Source: Hyalangium minutum (lineage in GTDB: Bacteria; Myxococcota; Myxococcia; Myxococcales; Myxococcaceae). Taken from it: a stretch of DNA of 248,000 bases. The stretch lies in the NCBI RefSeq assembly GCF_000737315.1, contig NZ_JMCB01000003.1:20001-268000 (forward strand), given 5' to 3'. The stretch's first letter is position 1. Every line of letters begins with the position of its first letter. Below are positions 107,387 to 120,472 of the stretch, one piece after another. The notes under the pieces are model-generated. The model was not told the origin of the DNA. It worked only from the letters and a program-made list of their open reading frames with translations, and searched no databases. Made by a program: the position numbers and the translations under genes.

Positions 107387-110260
107387 TCAGAAGGATCTCG
107401 ACAGGCCCAGGCGGACCTCGCGGCCGTACTGAGGCACGCTGGGGCGCTGGTAATCGGGGCTGATGGGCGTCAGCGCCCGCTCGTCGAGCAGGTTGTACAC
107501 GCCGCCGTAGTAGCGGAGCTGCCAGGGCTGGAACTGACCGGACATCACCAGGTTCATGTACAGCGACTGGGGAATGCGCCGCCCGCTGAAGTCGTAGCGG
107601 GCGCCGGTGAACACCAGCTCCGCGCCCGCAACCAGTCCCTGTTTCAGGATGGGGAGGCCGAAGCGCGCGGAGATGGCGTGCTCGGCCGAGTTCACCAGTT
107701 GCTGCTCGGTGGTCTCCTCATTTCCTTCCTCTCGAATCACCTGTCCGGGCTCATCGAGGCGGGTCTGCAGATAGCCGGAGAGGCTCACGAGCTGTCCCGT
107801 GCCCGGGGCGTAGCGCAGCTCGAACTCCGTGCCTCCCAAGCCGAAAGGCCCCGAGGCCGAGTACCGGTAGGGCGGCGTCGAGCCGGGCATGGTACGGACG
107901 ATGTCTCCGTAGGAGTTGAGGAACGCGCCGACGATGATGCTCGTCTCATCGCTCACGGTGTGCGTGTGCTCGAGCGCCAGGCTGAAGTGGCTCTCCGAGT
108001 TCAGCTCCGTGGGCCTGATCCGGTCGAAGGGCCGGAAATCGTACCGGAGCTCGCGCTCGCTGGGGCCTCGCCCGGTGACGCCCGAGGTGAACTTGAGGCT
108101 GCCGCCCTCGTAGGGCTTGCTGACGATGGCCAGCACCGGTGCCAGCTTGAAGACCTGATCGAACGCCCCGCGGGCCCGGAGGCTCTCGCGCACGGGGTTG
108201 ATGCGTGAGCCGAAGTGGAGGAGGAACCACGGCTTGGGCGCCCACTCGTAGCTGCCATAGAGCGTGAACTCGGTGCGCTGGCCAGGGTAGAGGTCCACCT
108301 TGGGGCCGTTGCCCGCTTGGAGTGTTCCGTCCAGGGACAACGACTGCTGGAGCGCTGTGCCCAGGATGATGCGGCTGGTGTTCGAGCGCGCCCACTCGAA
108401 CCGGACCTCTCCCGAGAGGCTCACCCCTTGGCCGGTCTCCGAGCCCTGAGACTCGGGGGCGGCGGTGGATGGCGTGCGCAACGAGTAGTCGCTCACGTCG
108501 AGCGCCACCCGCGACAGCAGGAAGCTGCCCCCGGGGTAGGTGCGGCTGTACTGCAGGGCCGCGAACCCCCGCAGATCCGTGGCCTGGACAGCCGAGGCTC
108601 CCGCCCAAAGGAAGCCGGTGGGGACCTGCTTGGTGCGGTGGATGAGCCCGGAGGTGAGCGCGAAATTCTTGTACCGCCCGAAGGCGAAGACGCGCTGAGA
108701 GGTCTCCAGGTCGGAGAGCAGCGTCTCCGTGGAAGGCAGGGGGAGCGGATCCCCGATCGAGCGCCCAGCTCCCGCCAGCACCACCAGCTCTCGCTCGCCG
108801 CTCTTGGTCGAGGCCATCGACTGGAAGTCCGCGCCGGGCAGGGTGTTGGCGCTCAGGCTGAAGCGCACGTGCACGCCGTCCTCGGGGCGCCGCGTCACCA
108901 CGTTGACGAGGCCGAGGAAGGCGGTGGTGCCGAAGACCATGCCCTCGCCGCGCACCACCTCGATGCGCTCCACCTGGGCCATGTCGATGCCCAGGTCCAT
109001 TCCGAGCGGGCCGTAGCCGCGGGCAATGTCGTTGAGAGGGTGCCCGTTGAGCAGCACGAGGATGCGTGCGTTGGCGTTCTCCGGCACGCCGAAGCCGCGC
109101 ATGCCCGCGGAGTCATAGAGCCGGTCGGTCCACACCTGGAGGCTGCGCACCGAGCGCAGGGCCTCGGCCACCGTGCGGTAGCCGAACAGGCGCAGCTCCT
109201 CGGCGGTGATGATGGTGGTGGATGCGGGCGCGTCCTCGAGGCGGATCTGCCGCTGGGTGGCACCGGCGACCTCCAGCCGCAGCGGCTTGAGCTTGGCCTC
109301 CACGGGGAGCAACTGCCGATCCTTCAGCTCCACCTCGGTGCGGAAGGGCTCGAGGCCCTCTTGGCGAACCTCCACCACGCGTCGTCCGGCATCGACGCCC
109401 TCGATGACGGCGGGGGTGAAGCCCACCTCCCGGTCATCCACCAGCACCACCGCGCCGTCGACGTTGGCCCGAACCACCAGGCTTCCGGTGAGCCGGGGCG
109501 CGGGGGGCTCGGGCACGAGCCGGAGCTCCACGGGGCGCGTCTGGTCCGCCACCACCTCGATATCCTCTAGGTCCGGGAGGAAGCCGGGCGCCACCACGCG
109601 CAGGAGCATGCGCCCGGGCCGCAGGTTCTTCACCTCTCCGGGGCCTGTCCGCAGCACCTCTCCGGTCTCCTCGAGCCGGATCTCGGCCTGCGGGGGCACG
109701 CCGCGGATGTCGAGCCCGCCCACGATGAGGGCCAGCTCGCCGGTGGCCAGCACCTCGCGCCCGCGTACCACCTCCACCTCGAGCTCGGCCGAGCGGTAGC
109801 CGTCGAGGTCCAGCAGGATGCGGTGGCGGCCAGGCTTGAGCGCCAGTGTCTTCGGGGTGGACCCGAGCGCCCCGAGATCTCGCCGGCCGACGAAGATGGA
109901 GGCACCAGGAGGGGTGGACTCCACGCGGACGAGGGCCAGCCTCGGGCGGAGGTAGGCGAGGGCCTGATCCACGTCCTTGCGCTCATCCTGGGGGAGGGGC
110001 TGCCGGGCGAGCTCGGAGTAGGCGCGGAAGGCCTCGTCGTAGAGCTGCAGCCGGCCCAGCGTGGAGGCGATGTTCAGCTGCACGTTCCGGTTGGGCACCA
110101 GCCGGTTGGACGCGTAGAACTCCTGAAGCGCGTCCTCGAAGCGGCCCTGGCGCTGGAAGGCGAGGCCCCGGCGGAAGTGGAACTCGGCCTCGTCCGCGAC
110201 ATCCGCACCCTGGGCCGCGCCAGCGATCAGCAGGAGGAGCAGGAGCAGCGCACGGCTCAT
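107387..110260 (-). CDS. TPR-PEGA-TonB-dependent receptor-like protein
   Basis: TPR, PEGA repeats, plug (DAPASTTII, RIEVVRG), barrel ending NLLD..SF. Confidence 0.8.
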   Translation of the reverse strand: MSRALLLLLLLIAGAAQGADVADEAEFHFRRGLAFQRQGRFEDALQEFYASNRLVPNRNVQLNIASTLGRLQLYDEAFRAYSELARQPLPQDERKDVDQALAYLRPRLALVRVESTPPGASIFVGRRDLGALGSTPKTLALKPGRHRILLDLDGYRSAELEVEVVRGREVLATGELALIVGGLDIRGVPPQAEIRLEETGEVLRTGPGEVKNLRPGRMLLRVVAPGFLPDLEDIEVVADQTRPVELRLVPEPPAPRLTGSLVVRANVDGAVVLVDDREVGFTPAVIEGVDAGRRVVEVRQEGLEPFRTEVELKDRQLLPVEAKLKPLRLEVAGATQRQIRLEDAPASTTIITAEELRLFGYRTVAEALRSVRSLQVWTDRLYDSAGMRGFGVPENANARILVLLNGHPLNDIARGYGPLGMDLGIDMAQVERIEVVRGEGMVFGTTAFLGLVNVVTRRPEDGVHVRFSLSANTLPGADFQSMASTKSGERELVVLAGAGRSIGDPLPLPSTETLLSDLETSQRVFAFGRYKNFALTSGLIHRTKQVPTGFLWAGASAVQATDLRGFAALQYSRTYPGGSFLLSRVALDVSDYSLRTPSTAAPESQGSETGQGVSLSGEVRFEWARSNTSRIILGTALQQSLSLDGTLQAGNGPKVDLYPGQRTEFTLYGSYEWAPKPWFLLHFGSRINPVRESLRARGAFDQVFKLAPVLAIVSKPYEGGSLKFTSGVTGRGPSERELRYDFRPFDRIRPTELNSESHFSLALEHTHTVSDETSIIVGAFLNSYGDIVRTMPGSTPPYRYSASGPFGLGGTEFELRYAPGTGQLVSLSGYLQTRLDEPGQVIREEGNEETTEQQLVNSAEHAISARFGLPILKQGLVAGAELVFTGARYDFSGRRIPQSLYMNLVMSGQFQPWQLRYYGGVYNLLDERALTPISPDYQRPSVPQYGREVRLGLSRSF

Positions 110261-111957
110261 CGCTGGTCCATCGTCTTGCCGAAGGGGGTGCTGTTCGGGA
110301 GGGCGGCCTTGTTCAGCTTGACCTCCCGGGTGGCGCCCTCTTGCGGAACCAACTCGATGTCCTGGCTGGTGTAGCCCTTGAGGGAGAGGCTGAGCTTCAC
110401 CGGCTCGTTGGGAGTGAGCGCGAGCTTCATTGGCGTCTCCCCGAGGCTCTGGCCGTCTCGGCGCACGGTGGCACCCAGGGGCTTGCTGGTGACAGTGACG
110501 GTGACCTTCTTGAGGTTCAACGTGAACCTGAGCTCTGCGGACTCGCCCATCACGTGGGTGTGCTGGATCGACTCCAGGCCAGGGGCTTGGAGGGTGAGAG
110601 CGACGCGCGTGCCCGGCTGGATGGGAAGGGTGAGCGGCGTCTTGCCTTTGAAGTCGCCTCCCACGCGCACCTCGACCTCTGAGGGATGCGAGACGATCGT
110701 CAGCGTGGGGAGCTCCGCCGCCGCCGCCGGTGGGACGGGAGGCATGGGGACCGGCGGAGAGCCCGGGCGGGCCAGGAAGACAGCGCCGCCCGCGAGCATG
110801 AGAGCGAAGGCCCCGAAGAGCGCGAGTCGGCGCCCCTTGTGAGGGGCGTGCGGAGCGGTAGGAGACGGAGGGGCACTCGGCGCGGGCGCGTCGCTGGGAG
110901 GGAGCGCGCCGCGCTCGGGCGTCAGATAGGTGCGGGTGAGACCGGAAGGCTGAGGGGTCGCACCCGAGGGCGTGCGGACGAAGGTGCTATCGAGCCCCGT
111001 GTTGGGAGTGATCTCGGCACGCACCCGGGAGCGCTCTTTGTAATCGGGATAGGCGGAGCGCAGGAATGCCGCGAGGTGGGCCAGGGAGGAGGGCTGCTGG
111101 TTCTTGAGGAGCCAGTCCTCGAGGGCCAGGGCGAACTGGCTGGAGTTGGCGTAGCGGTCCTCGGGGCGGCGGGCGAGCGCGCGCATCACCACGGCATCCA
111201 GGTCCACCGTGCACGCAGGGTTCAGGGTGGAGGGCGGCGCGATGTTGGCCTCGCGGGCGGCCTTCAGCGTGCCAGGGTCCGAGTCGCGTTGCAGGGCCCG
111301 TTGGCCTGTGAGCAGCTCGTGGAGGACGAGGCCCAGGGAGAAGAGATCGCTGCGGGCATCGAGCGGCTCACCCTCGGCCTGCTCCGGCGACATATAGGCG
111401 AACTTGCCCTTGAGCTGGCCTGCGGCGGTGGTGTTGGCGGCGCGTCCTGCGGCCTTGGCGATGCCGAAGTCGATCAGCTTGACGGCGCCCTCGAAGCTCA
111501 CGAGGACATTGGAGGGCGAGACGTCGCGGTGGACGATGCCGAGCGGCTGGCCGCTGTCGTCGGTGAGCTCGTGGGCGTAGTGCAGGGCGGAGGCGGCATC
111601 CGCGATGATCCGGCAGGCGAGGGCAGGAGGGAGCCGGGCGCCGCGCTCGGCAAGGTGCTGCTGGAGCGAGCGGAGGTCGACGCCGGGCACATACTCCATG
111701 GCGAGGTAATGGGTCCCGGCGTGCTCGCCCAGCTCGAAGATCTGGCAGATGTGGGGGTGATTGAGCTGGGCGGCGATCCGAGCCTCGTCGAGGAACATGG
111801 TCATGAAGCCCTGGTCCCGGGACAGGTGGGCCAGGAGCATCTTGACGACGACGAGCTTCTGGAAGCCTTCGGCGCGGTTGCGAGCGAGGTAGAGCTGTCC
111901 CATGCCCCCGGTGGCGAGGGGCTGGAGCAGCTCGTAGTGGCCAAAAGGTTCGCCCAT
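110257..111957 (-). CDS. Ser/Thr protein kinase with TM and PEGA domains
   Basis: HRDVSPSN, DFGIAK, GKFAYMSPE. Confidence 0.92.
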   Translation of the reverse strand: MGEPFGHYELLQPLATGGMGQLYLARNRAEGFQKLVVVKMLLAHLSRDQGFMTMFLDEARIAAQLNHPHICQIFELGEHAGTHYLAMEYVPGVDLRSLQQHLAERGARLPPALACRIIADAASALHYAHELTDDSGQPLGIVHRDVSPSNVLVSFEGAVKLIDFGIAKAAGRAANTTAAGQLKGKFAYMSPEQAEGEPLDARSDLFSLGLVLHELLTGQRALQRDSDPGTLKAAREANIAPPSTLNPACTVDLDAVVMRALARRPEDRYANSSQFALALEDWLLKNQQPSSLAHLAAFLRSAYPDYKERSRVRAEITPNTGLDSTFVRTPSGATPQPSGLTRTYLTPERGALPPSDAPAPSAPPSPTAPHAPHKGRRLALFGAFALMLAGGAVFLARPGSPPVPMPPVPPAAAAELPTLTIVSHPSEVEVRVGGDFKGKTPLTLPIQPGTRVALTLQAPGLESIQHTHVMGESAELRFTLNLKKVTVTVTSKPLGATVRRDGQSLGETPMKLALTPNEPVKLSLSLKGYTSQDIELVPQEGATREVKLNKAALPNSTPFGKTMDQR

Positions 111958-112008
111958 GAAGCGGGGGATTCTAAGCATTTCCGGGAATGGGACGCACCCT
112001 TCGACAGC

Positions 112009-113178
112009 TCAATGCGCGTTGGGCATGGTCTCGAACGGCCAAGGGCGTGCGGCGGCCGAGGGGCCTCTGCCACCCCCTGTGCGCTGGCCCAGCCAGAGAT
112101 CCGCGATCTGCTGGGCCAGCCGCCACGGTTCGCCGCCAGCACGGTTCGTCAGGACGATGACCGTGAGGTGCTGCGCGGGATACTTCACGATCGCGTTGGT
112201 GAAGCCCGAGGTCTCACCGTGGTGGGAGAGGCGCATACGGCCCTCGTCGTCATCGATGAACCACCCGAACCCGTAGCGCGCGGAGGAGCCATCCGGAAGC
112301 CGAGCGGGAGCCCAAGCGAGCTGCTGAGTGGTCTCAGGGATCAGCGCGTGCGTGTCCAAGGCCTTGTTCCAAGCCAGCAGCTCCACCACGGACGAGTAGA
112401 TCCCTCCATCGCCGAGAACGGCACTGGTGGGGCTCTGGTCCCGAGGACGGAAGCCCTGGGCTTCGGCGACGTAGCCGTAGGCGCGGTGAGGCACCGTCGA
112501 GATGCCCTCTTCGTGGGCGACAGTGGAGTGCATGCCGCTGGGAACGAAGACGCGGTCATGCAGGAAGGAGGCGAACGACATCCCGCTGACCTGCTCGACG
112601 ATGAGGGCGAGCACGGCGTACCCCGAATTGCTGTAGCGCACAGCGGTTCCGGGCGGGAAGTAGGTGTGGTCCACGCGGGAGAGGAGGGCGAGGACATCGC
112701 GATCCTTTACCTGCACGGTCTGGGTGCTGGGGACGAAGTCCTCATAGTCCCAGATTCCCGAGGTGTGATTGAGCAGATGTCGGACGCGGACCTCGCTCAA
112801 GTACGCGGGGAAGCCGGGGAGCACATCCACGACACGGTCGTCGTAGCGGAGCTTGCCCTGTTCGACGAGGAGCATGATCGCCATGGCGGTGAACTGCTTG
112901 GTGAGCGAGGCCAGGCGGTAGTGGGTCTCTGACGTGGTCGGTGTGCGCGACTCCAGCTTCGCCAGACCGTAGGTGCCGCGGAGGACCTCCTGCCCGTTCT
113001 GAATCACGATGAAACTGGCCCCGGGGCTGTCGGGCGAGGCATAGGCGCTGAAGATCGAGTCCACCTCGCGCCGCATGTCATCCTCGGGCGCGGTGGCACT
113101 GAAGGTGGATGCACAGCCAGCGAGCAGGGCACAGAGGGTGAGACTGGATACGGAGGTCGCGAGGGCAGGGGAGTGCAT
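112009..113178 (-). CDS. Serine hydrolase / beta-lactamase class C-like lipoprotein
   Basis: SLTK, YSN, HHGET. Confidence 0.88.
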   Translation of the reverse strand: MHSPALATSVSSLTLCALLAGCASTFSATAPEDDMRREVDSIFSAYASPDSPGASFIVIQNGQEVLRGTYGLAKLESRTPTTSETHYRLASLTKQFTAMAIMLLVEQGKLRYDDRVVDVLPGFPAYLSEVRVRHLLNHTSGIWDYEDFVPSTQTVQVKDRDVLALLSRVDHTYFPPGTAVRYSNSGYAVLALIVEQVSGMSFASFLHDRVFVPSGMHSTVAHEEGISTVPHRAYGYVAEAQGFRPRDQSPTSAVLGDGGIYSSVVELLAWNKALDTHALIPETTQQLAWAPARLPDGSSARYGFGWFIDDDEGRMRLSHHGETSGFTNAIVKYPAQHLTVIVLTNRAGGEPWRLAQQIADLWLGQRTGGGRGPSAAARPWPFETMPNAH

Positions 113179-113207
113179 GGGGGCGAAGGGCTACCAGCGG
113201 AGCCCGG

Positions 113208-114263
113208 TCAGGTCAGCAACTGGCCCACTTGTCCAGCCAGCTCCAGGTCAAAGGGATCGAACTCCAGCGAGCCCATGAGGACGGCCATCTTGGGGTCTCT
113301 CTGTCCGGTGGCGATCTGCAGGAAGTCGTCGTCCTTGCTGCGCACCGTCACCCGAGGCGTGCCGTTCAAGCCTTTCTTGACCCACTGCTTCTGCGCGCCG
113401 AGATCCACGGTCCACTGACCGCCATGGTTGCCACTGATATCCAGATGGACCACCGCCCCAATGCTTCGGGCGAGTTCTCGCTTCGTCTCGATGCGCCGGG
113501 GCAGTTCCCGCTCGATCAGCGTGCGCACGGTGAGCGGCGCCTCCGCTTTGGAGGGGGCTTTGTTCGCGGCCGCCTTCTTTGTGGCCACCTTCTTCGCGGC
113601 CGCCTTCTTGGCTGGGGCGGCTTTCCCTAGCGGCTTCTTCTCCACGCTCTTCTTCGTGGCAGCCTTCTTCGCGGACTTTCGTGGCGCGGCCTTGGGGGAT
113701 TCCTCCTCGTCTTCCGCAGGCTCTTCCGAGCCCTGGTCCGCCACGGCTTTGATCTTCTCCTCATTCTGCTTGCGGAACTTGTCGAAGGCGTCTCTGGAGA
113801 AGAGGGAGCTCCCCTCGTCCTTGGCCTTGCGGAACACTTTCTCCAGGTCTTCCTGAGAGGCGTTTGGGTTCTTGAAGTACTCCATGGCCACGCGGCCCAT
113901 GGCCCAGTTGGCGGCGAAGGCGGGGACCACCGTGAGCAGGGCTCCGATGATGGGCAACAAGGCCTTGATGCCTTGCCGCGCCAGGAAGCCGACGCCGGCG
114001 GTGGCGCCCAGCTCGAGGATGAGATCTTTGGCTGAGGCCTTGTCGACCTTCCGGCCATAGATGTGACCGATCGTCATCACCATGCCGGTCTGGATGGGCA
114101 GCATCAGCACTACATCCGAGAGCGGAATGGGCGAGATGGAGACCACCGCAGAGGCATAGGAGCACAGGTTGATGACATCTCGCGCAGCCTGGTCCCTCTG
114201 CGCCACGGATGCCTTGCTGAAGTCCCGCGTCCGGATGTCATCCAGCGTATCGAGCCACGACAT
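113208..114263 (-). CDS. DUF697-like membrane protein fused to an SCP2 sterol-carrier domain
   Basis: ISPIPLSD..QTGMV; C-terminal GGQWTVDL..DPKMAVLMGSL. Confidence 0.7.
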   Translation of the reverse strand: MSWLDTLDDIRTRDFSKASVAQRDQAARDVINLCSYASAVVSISPIPLSDVVLMLPIQTGMVMTIGHIYGRKVDKASAKDLILELGATAGVGFLARQGIKALLPIIGALLTVVPAFAANWAMGRVAMEYFKNPNASQEDLEKVFRKAKDEGSSLFSRDAFDKFRKQNEEKIKAVADQGSEEPAEDEEESPKAAPRKSAKKAATKKSVEKKPLGKAAPAKKAAAKKVATKKAAANKAPSKAEAPLTVRTLIERELPRRIETKRELARSIGAVVHLDISGNHGGQWTVDLGAQKQWVKKGLNGTPRVTVRSKDDDFLQIATGQRDPKMAVLMGSLEFDPFDLELAGQVGQLLT

Positions 114264-114337
114264 GATTTCCCCCCTCCCGTGGGCCCAGCATACCCGCATC
114301 TCGTGCTCGGCAAGGGCCGCGCGCGGTCCAGTGGGGA

Positions 114338-115087
114338 TCAGTCCGTGTAGGCGAAGGCCTTCGGAGGTGTCCCAATCGGAGCCCGGAAGAGCAGGATCGC
114401 CGCGTGCCCGGAGAGGTTGCCCACGGCCAGGTAGATGTCCGGATCCCTGAGGGAGCCCAGCCCCAGCCGTGCCGGGGGCTTGCCGTACTTCTTCTCCATC
114501 TCCGCCATCGAGAGGACCTCGATGTCGTACAGATTCATCAGATCCGTGCGCTTCGTGCGCAGCTGCTTCACCCACGCGGCCACCAGCTCTTCCGGGGTGT
114601 TGTACCGCTTGTCCTCCAACTGGAACGGGTAGGTCAGCTCTCCCGCTGCCCGCCGAGCGTCCCCCGTGATCAGGTTCTCCAGGATGAACCGGGCCTCGGA
114701 CTTCACCTGCTCCCGTCTGTAGGTCTCCGCGTCATCCTTCTTCTCCGGGACTGGGGCTGCGGCAGCCGCCGGAGCAGGTGGGGCGGCCTGTGGCTTTGGC
114801 GCGGGAGCAGGCGCGGCCGTTGGAGCCGGTGCTGCGGCCGCCGGAGCAGGCTTCGGCGCAGGAGCAGGCGCCGCCGGAACTGGAGCGGTCGGCTGGGGCT
114901 CGGCCGGAGGTGGTTTGGCCTCAGACGGAGTCGGCTTCGCCTCCGCCGCAGGGGCAGGGGGAGGTGCCTTGGGCTCGGCTGCCTGAACGGCCGGCGGAGC
115001 CTGGGCCGGCTCGGCGGCTGGCTCGGGCGTCTGAGCGAGAGCAGGTGAGGTGAGGGTGACCATCAAGGCCAGGGTCCAGCGACGCAT
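114338..115087 (-). CDS. Secreted Pro/Ala-rich hypothetical protein
   Basis: Signal peptide, low-complexity linker, small C-terminal domain. Confidence 0.65.
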   Translation of the reverse strand: MRRWTLALMVTLTSPALAQTPEPAAEPAQAPPAVQAAEPKAPPPAPAAEAKPTPSEAKPPPAEPQPTAPVPAAPAPAPKPAPAAAAPAPTAAPAPAPKPQAAPPAPAAAAAPVPEKKDDAETYRREQVKSEARFILENLITGDARRAAGELTYPFQLEDKRYNTPEELVAAWVKQLRTKRTDLMNLYDIEVLSMAEMEKKYGKPPARLGLGSLRDPDIYLAVGNLSGHAAILLFRAPIGTPPKAFAYTD

Positions 115088-115218
115088 GACACCTCCAAGG
115101 GGCCCGGGGGTTTTACCAGAGCCTTGCCCGGTTGGCCCGGTTCCCTCCGGGGGCCTCCAACACCCCGCGTTATTCACCGCGTGCATGTCCGGCGCGAGGT
115201 TGCTATGGGGGCCCCCCG

Positions 115219-118458
<3,240 letters not shown>

Positions 118459-118512
118459 GACGAGGAGCCACTCCCAATGGCACACTCGCGGGACATTCTC
118501 GGGAGGTGTGCC

Positions 118513-119421
118513 ATGTCGATGTGCGCTCGCGCTGCGCTGCTCTTGGGGCTGATGCTGGCTGCAGCCTGCACCAGCGGCCCCCGGCCGGAGATGGTCCTGG
118601 CCTCGGGCCAGGGGGGACCTTTCGGGCTGACCTCGGATTCGACGTACCTCTACTGGACCAACAGCACCGGTGGGCAGGTGATGCGCATACCGAAGGAGGG
118701 CGGTCCCCCCGTGACGCTCGCCTCTGGCCAGTTCGAGCCTCATGCCATCATCAGCAGCGGGCCCCACATGTTCTGGGCCAATCGGGGTAACCAGACGATC
118801 ATGAGAAAGCTGCTGCCGGGCGGTGATCCTGTTGTGGTGGCCACCGGGCAGCCGGATCTGGAGGGGCTGACGCTGACGGAAGACTTCGTCTACTGGGCCA
118901 GCGGCTCCTCAGTGGTGAGGAAGGCGTCGCTCTCCGACGGGGTTGTCTCCGCGGTGACGGATGTGCCCAGTGGCCCCAAGGATCTCGCCATCAGCGGCAG
119001 CCCGCACATCTACTGGTCCAACGCCGATGGCTCCATCCGCCGCGCGCCGCTGGAGGGCGGGAGGGAAGAGATCGTCGCGAAAGCGGGGCAGAACGCCACC
119101 AGCCTCGCGCTCAATAGCACGCACGTGTACTGGACCACGTTCTTCGGCGCGATCCACCGCGCCCCCCGGGACGGGGGGACCGTGGAGACGCTCGCGGAGG
119201 GGGAAGACCATCCGCGCTCCATCGCGGTGGTGGACTCCTTCATCTATTGGGCGGCGGGCGGCGAGAAGGACGGGGCGATCCGGCGGATGCGCCACTTGGG
119301 CCTCGGCAAGCCGGAGACGTTTGCCGCGGAGCAGGGCGAACCGGCGGGAATCGTTATGGATTTGGAGAACATCTACTGGGTGAACCAGGCGAGCGGCACG
119401 GTGGTGCGTGCGCCCTTGTGA
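118513..119421 (+). CDS. Beta-propeller lipoprotein (DUF5050-like)
   Basis: Repeated D/N-x-x-x-(L/I/V)YW blades; lipobox AAAC. Confidence 0.75.
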   Translation: MSMCARAALLLGLMLAAACTSGPRPEMVLASGQGGPFGLTSDSTYLYWTNSTGGQVMRIPKEGGPPVTLASGQFEPHAIISSGPHMFWANRGNQTIMRKLLPGGDPVVVATGQPDLEGLTLTEDFVYWASGSSVVRKASLSDGVVSAVTDVPSGPKDLAISGSPHIYWSNADGSIRRAPLEGGREEIVAKAGQNATSLALNSTHVYWTTFFGAIHRAPRDGGTVETLAEGEDHPRSIAVVDSFIYWAAGGEKDGAIRRMRHLGLGKPETFAAEQGEPAGIVMDLENIYWVNQASGTVVRAPL

Positions 119422-119482
119422 GCCGGGCGCAACCTTGTCGGTGTCCTGGCGATAATTCCGCATATTCGCGGAGATTGAAAAA

Positions 119483-120460
119483 ATGACCCGGATCAACGGC
119501 TCGCCCACCCCCCTGCGCCTGCGCTCCACTGAGGACTCGGCTCTGCCGCCGGCCTCCAAGCCCGTGGCCACGGCAGCCCCCGCGAAGCTGACGGGCTTCT
119601 CGGGCGCCTCCGGGTTCACTGGCGGCTCCTCCAATCCCTGGGTGGATGGCCCGCACGGCCGGGCTCCGAGCGGCGCTCAGAAGCTGTCGCCCAACGATCT
119701 GGGCGTGATTCCGCAGGACCAGGGCAACACCAACGCGTGTGGCACCACGTCGCTGGCCAATGTGCTGACGCACTGGGGCCAGTCCACCACGCACGAGCAG
119801 ATCGACAAGGACATCCGCGCCTTCGACATGTTCTCGGCGCCGGACAAGATCGTCGACTACGCGAACTCGCACGGCATGCGCGCGGAGATGAAGGTCGACG
119901 CCAGCGTGGATGACATCGCGAAGATGGTCGACCAGGGCGTGCCGCCGATCGTCCTGATGGACCCGGACAGCGACAAGAACCTCAACCTGCACTACGTGAC
120001 GGTGTCCGGCTACAACCGCGACGCGAACGGGAAGATCACGGATCTGGTGATCTCCGACAGCGCGGGCGGCGACCGCTACACGATGCCGGTGGAGGAGTTC
120101 CAGAAGAAGTGGGACGACCTCAAGATGAAGGGCGTCGGCACGGGCCTCAACAACGTGATGATCTCCGTGGTGCCCAACGACGGCCGGAAGATCACCGGTG
120201 GCGACGGGGTGACGCGCAGCGCCTCCGACATCCAGCTGCCCAAGTCCAGCTTCTGGAGCAACCTGAAGTCCAGCGCGGCTCGCGGCGTGGCCAACCTGCT
120301 GGCGAACGTGACCAACGGCGCCAGCAAGGTCTGGGACGGCGTCAAGACGGTGGGCAACGCCATTGCCGATGGCGTCAAGGCCGCAGGCAACGCCATCGGT
120401 AACGCCGCGTCCGCGGTGGCCGATGGCGCCAAGAAGCTCTGGAAGTCGATCTTCGGGTAG
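119483..120460 (+). CDS. C39-like cysteine peptidase with amphipathic C-tail
   Basis: NACGTTS (Cys), LHYVTV (His), SDSA (Asp). Confidence 0.7.
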   Translation: MTRINGSPTPLRLRSTEDSALPPASKPVATAAPAKLTGFSGASGFTGGSSNPWVDGPHGRAPSGAQKLSPNDLGVIPQDQGNTNACGTTSLANVLTHWGQSTTHEQIDKDIRAFDMFSAPDKIVDYANSHGMRAEMKVDASVDDIAKMVDQGVPPIVLMDPDSDKNLNLHYVTVSGYNRDANGKITDLVISDSAGGDRYTMPVEEFQKKWDDLKMKGVGTGLNNVMISVVPNDGRKITGGDGVTRSASDIQLPKSSFWSNLKSSAARGVANLLANVTNGASKVWDGVKTVGNAIADGVKAAGNAIGNAASAVADGAKKLWKSIFG

Positions 120461-120472
120461 CTGTGTTTGGCC

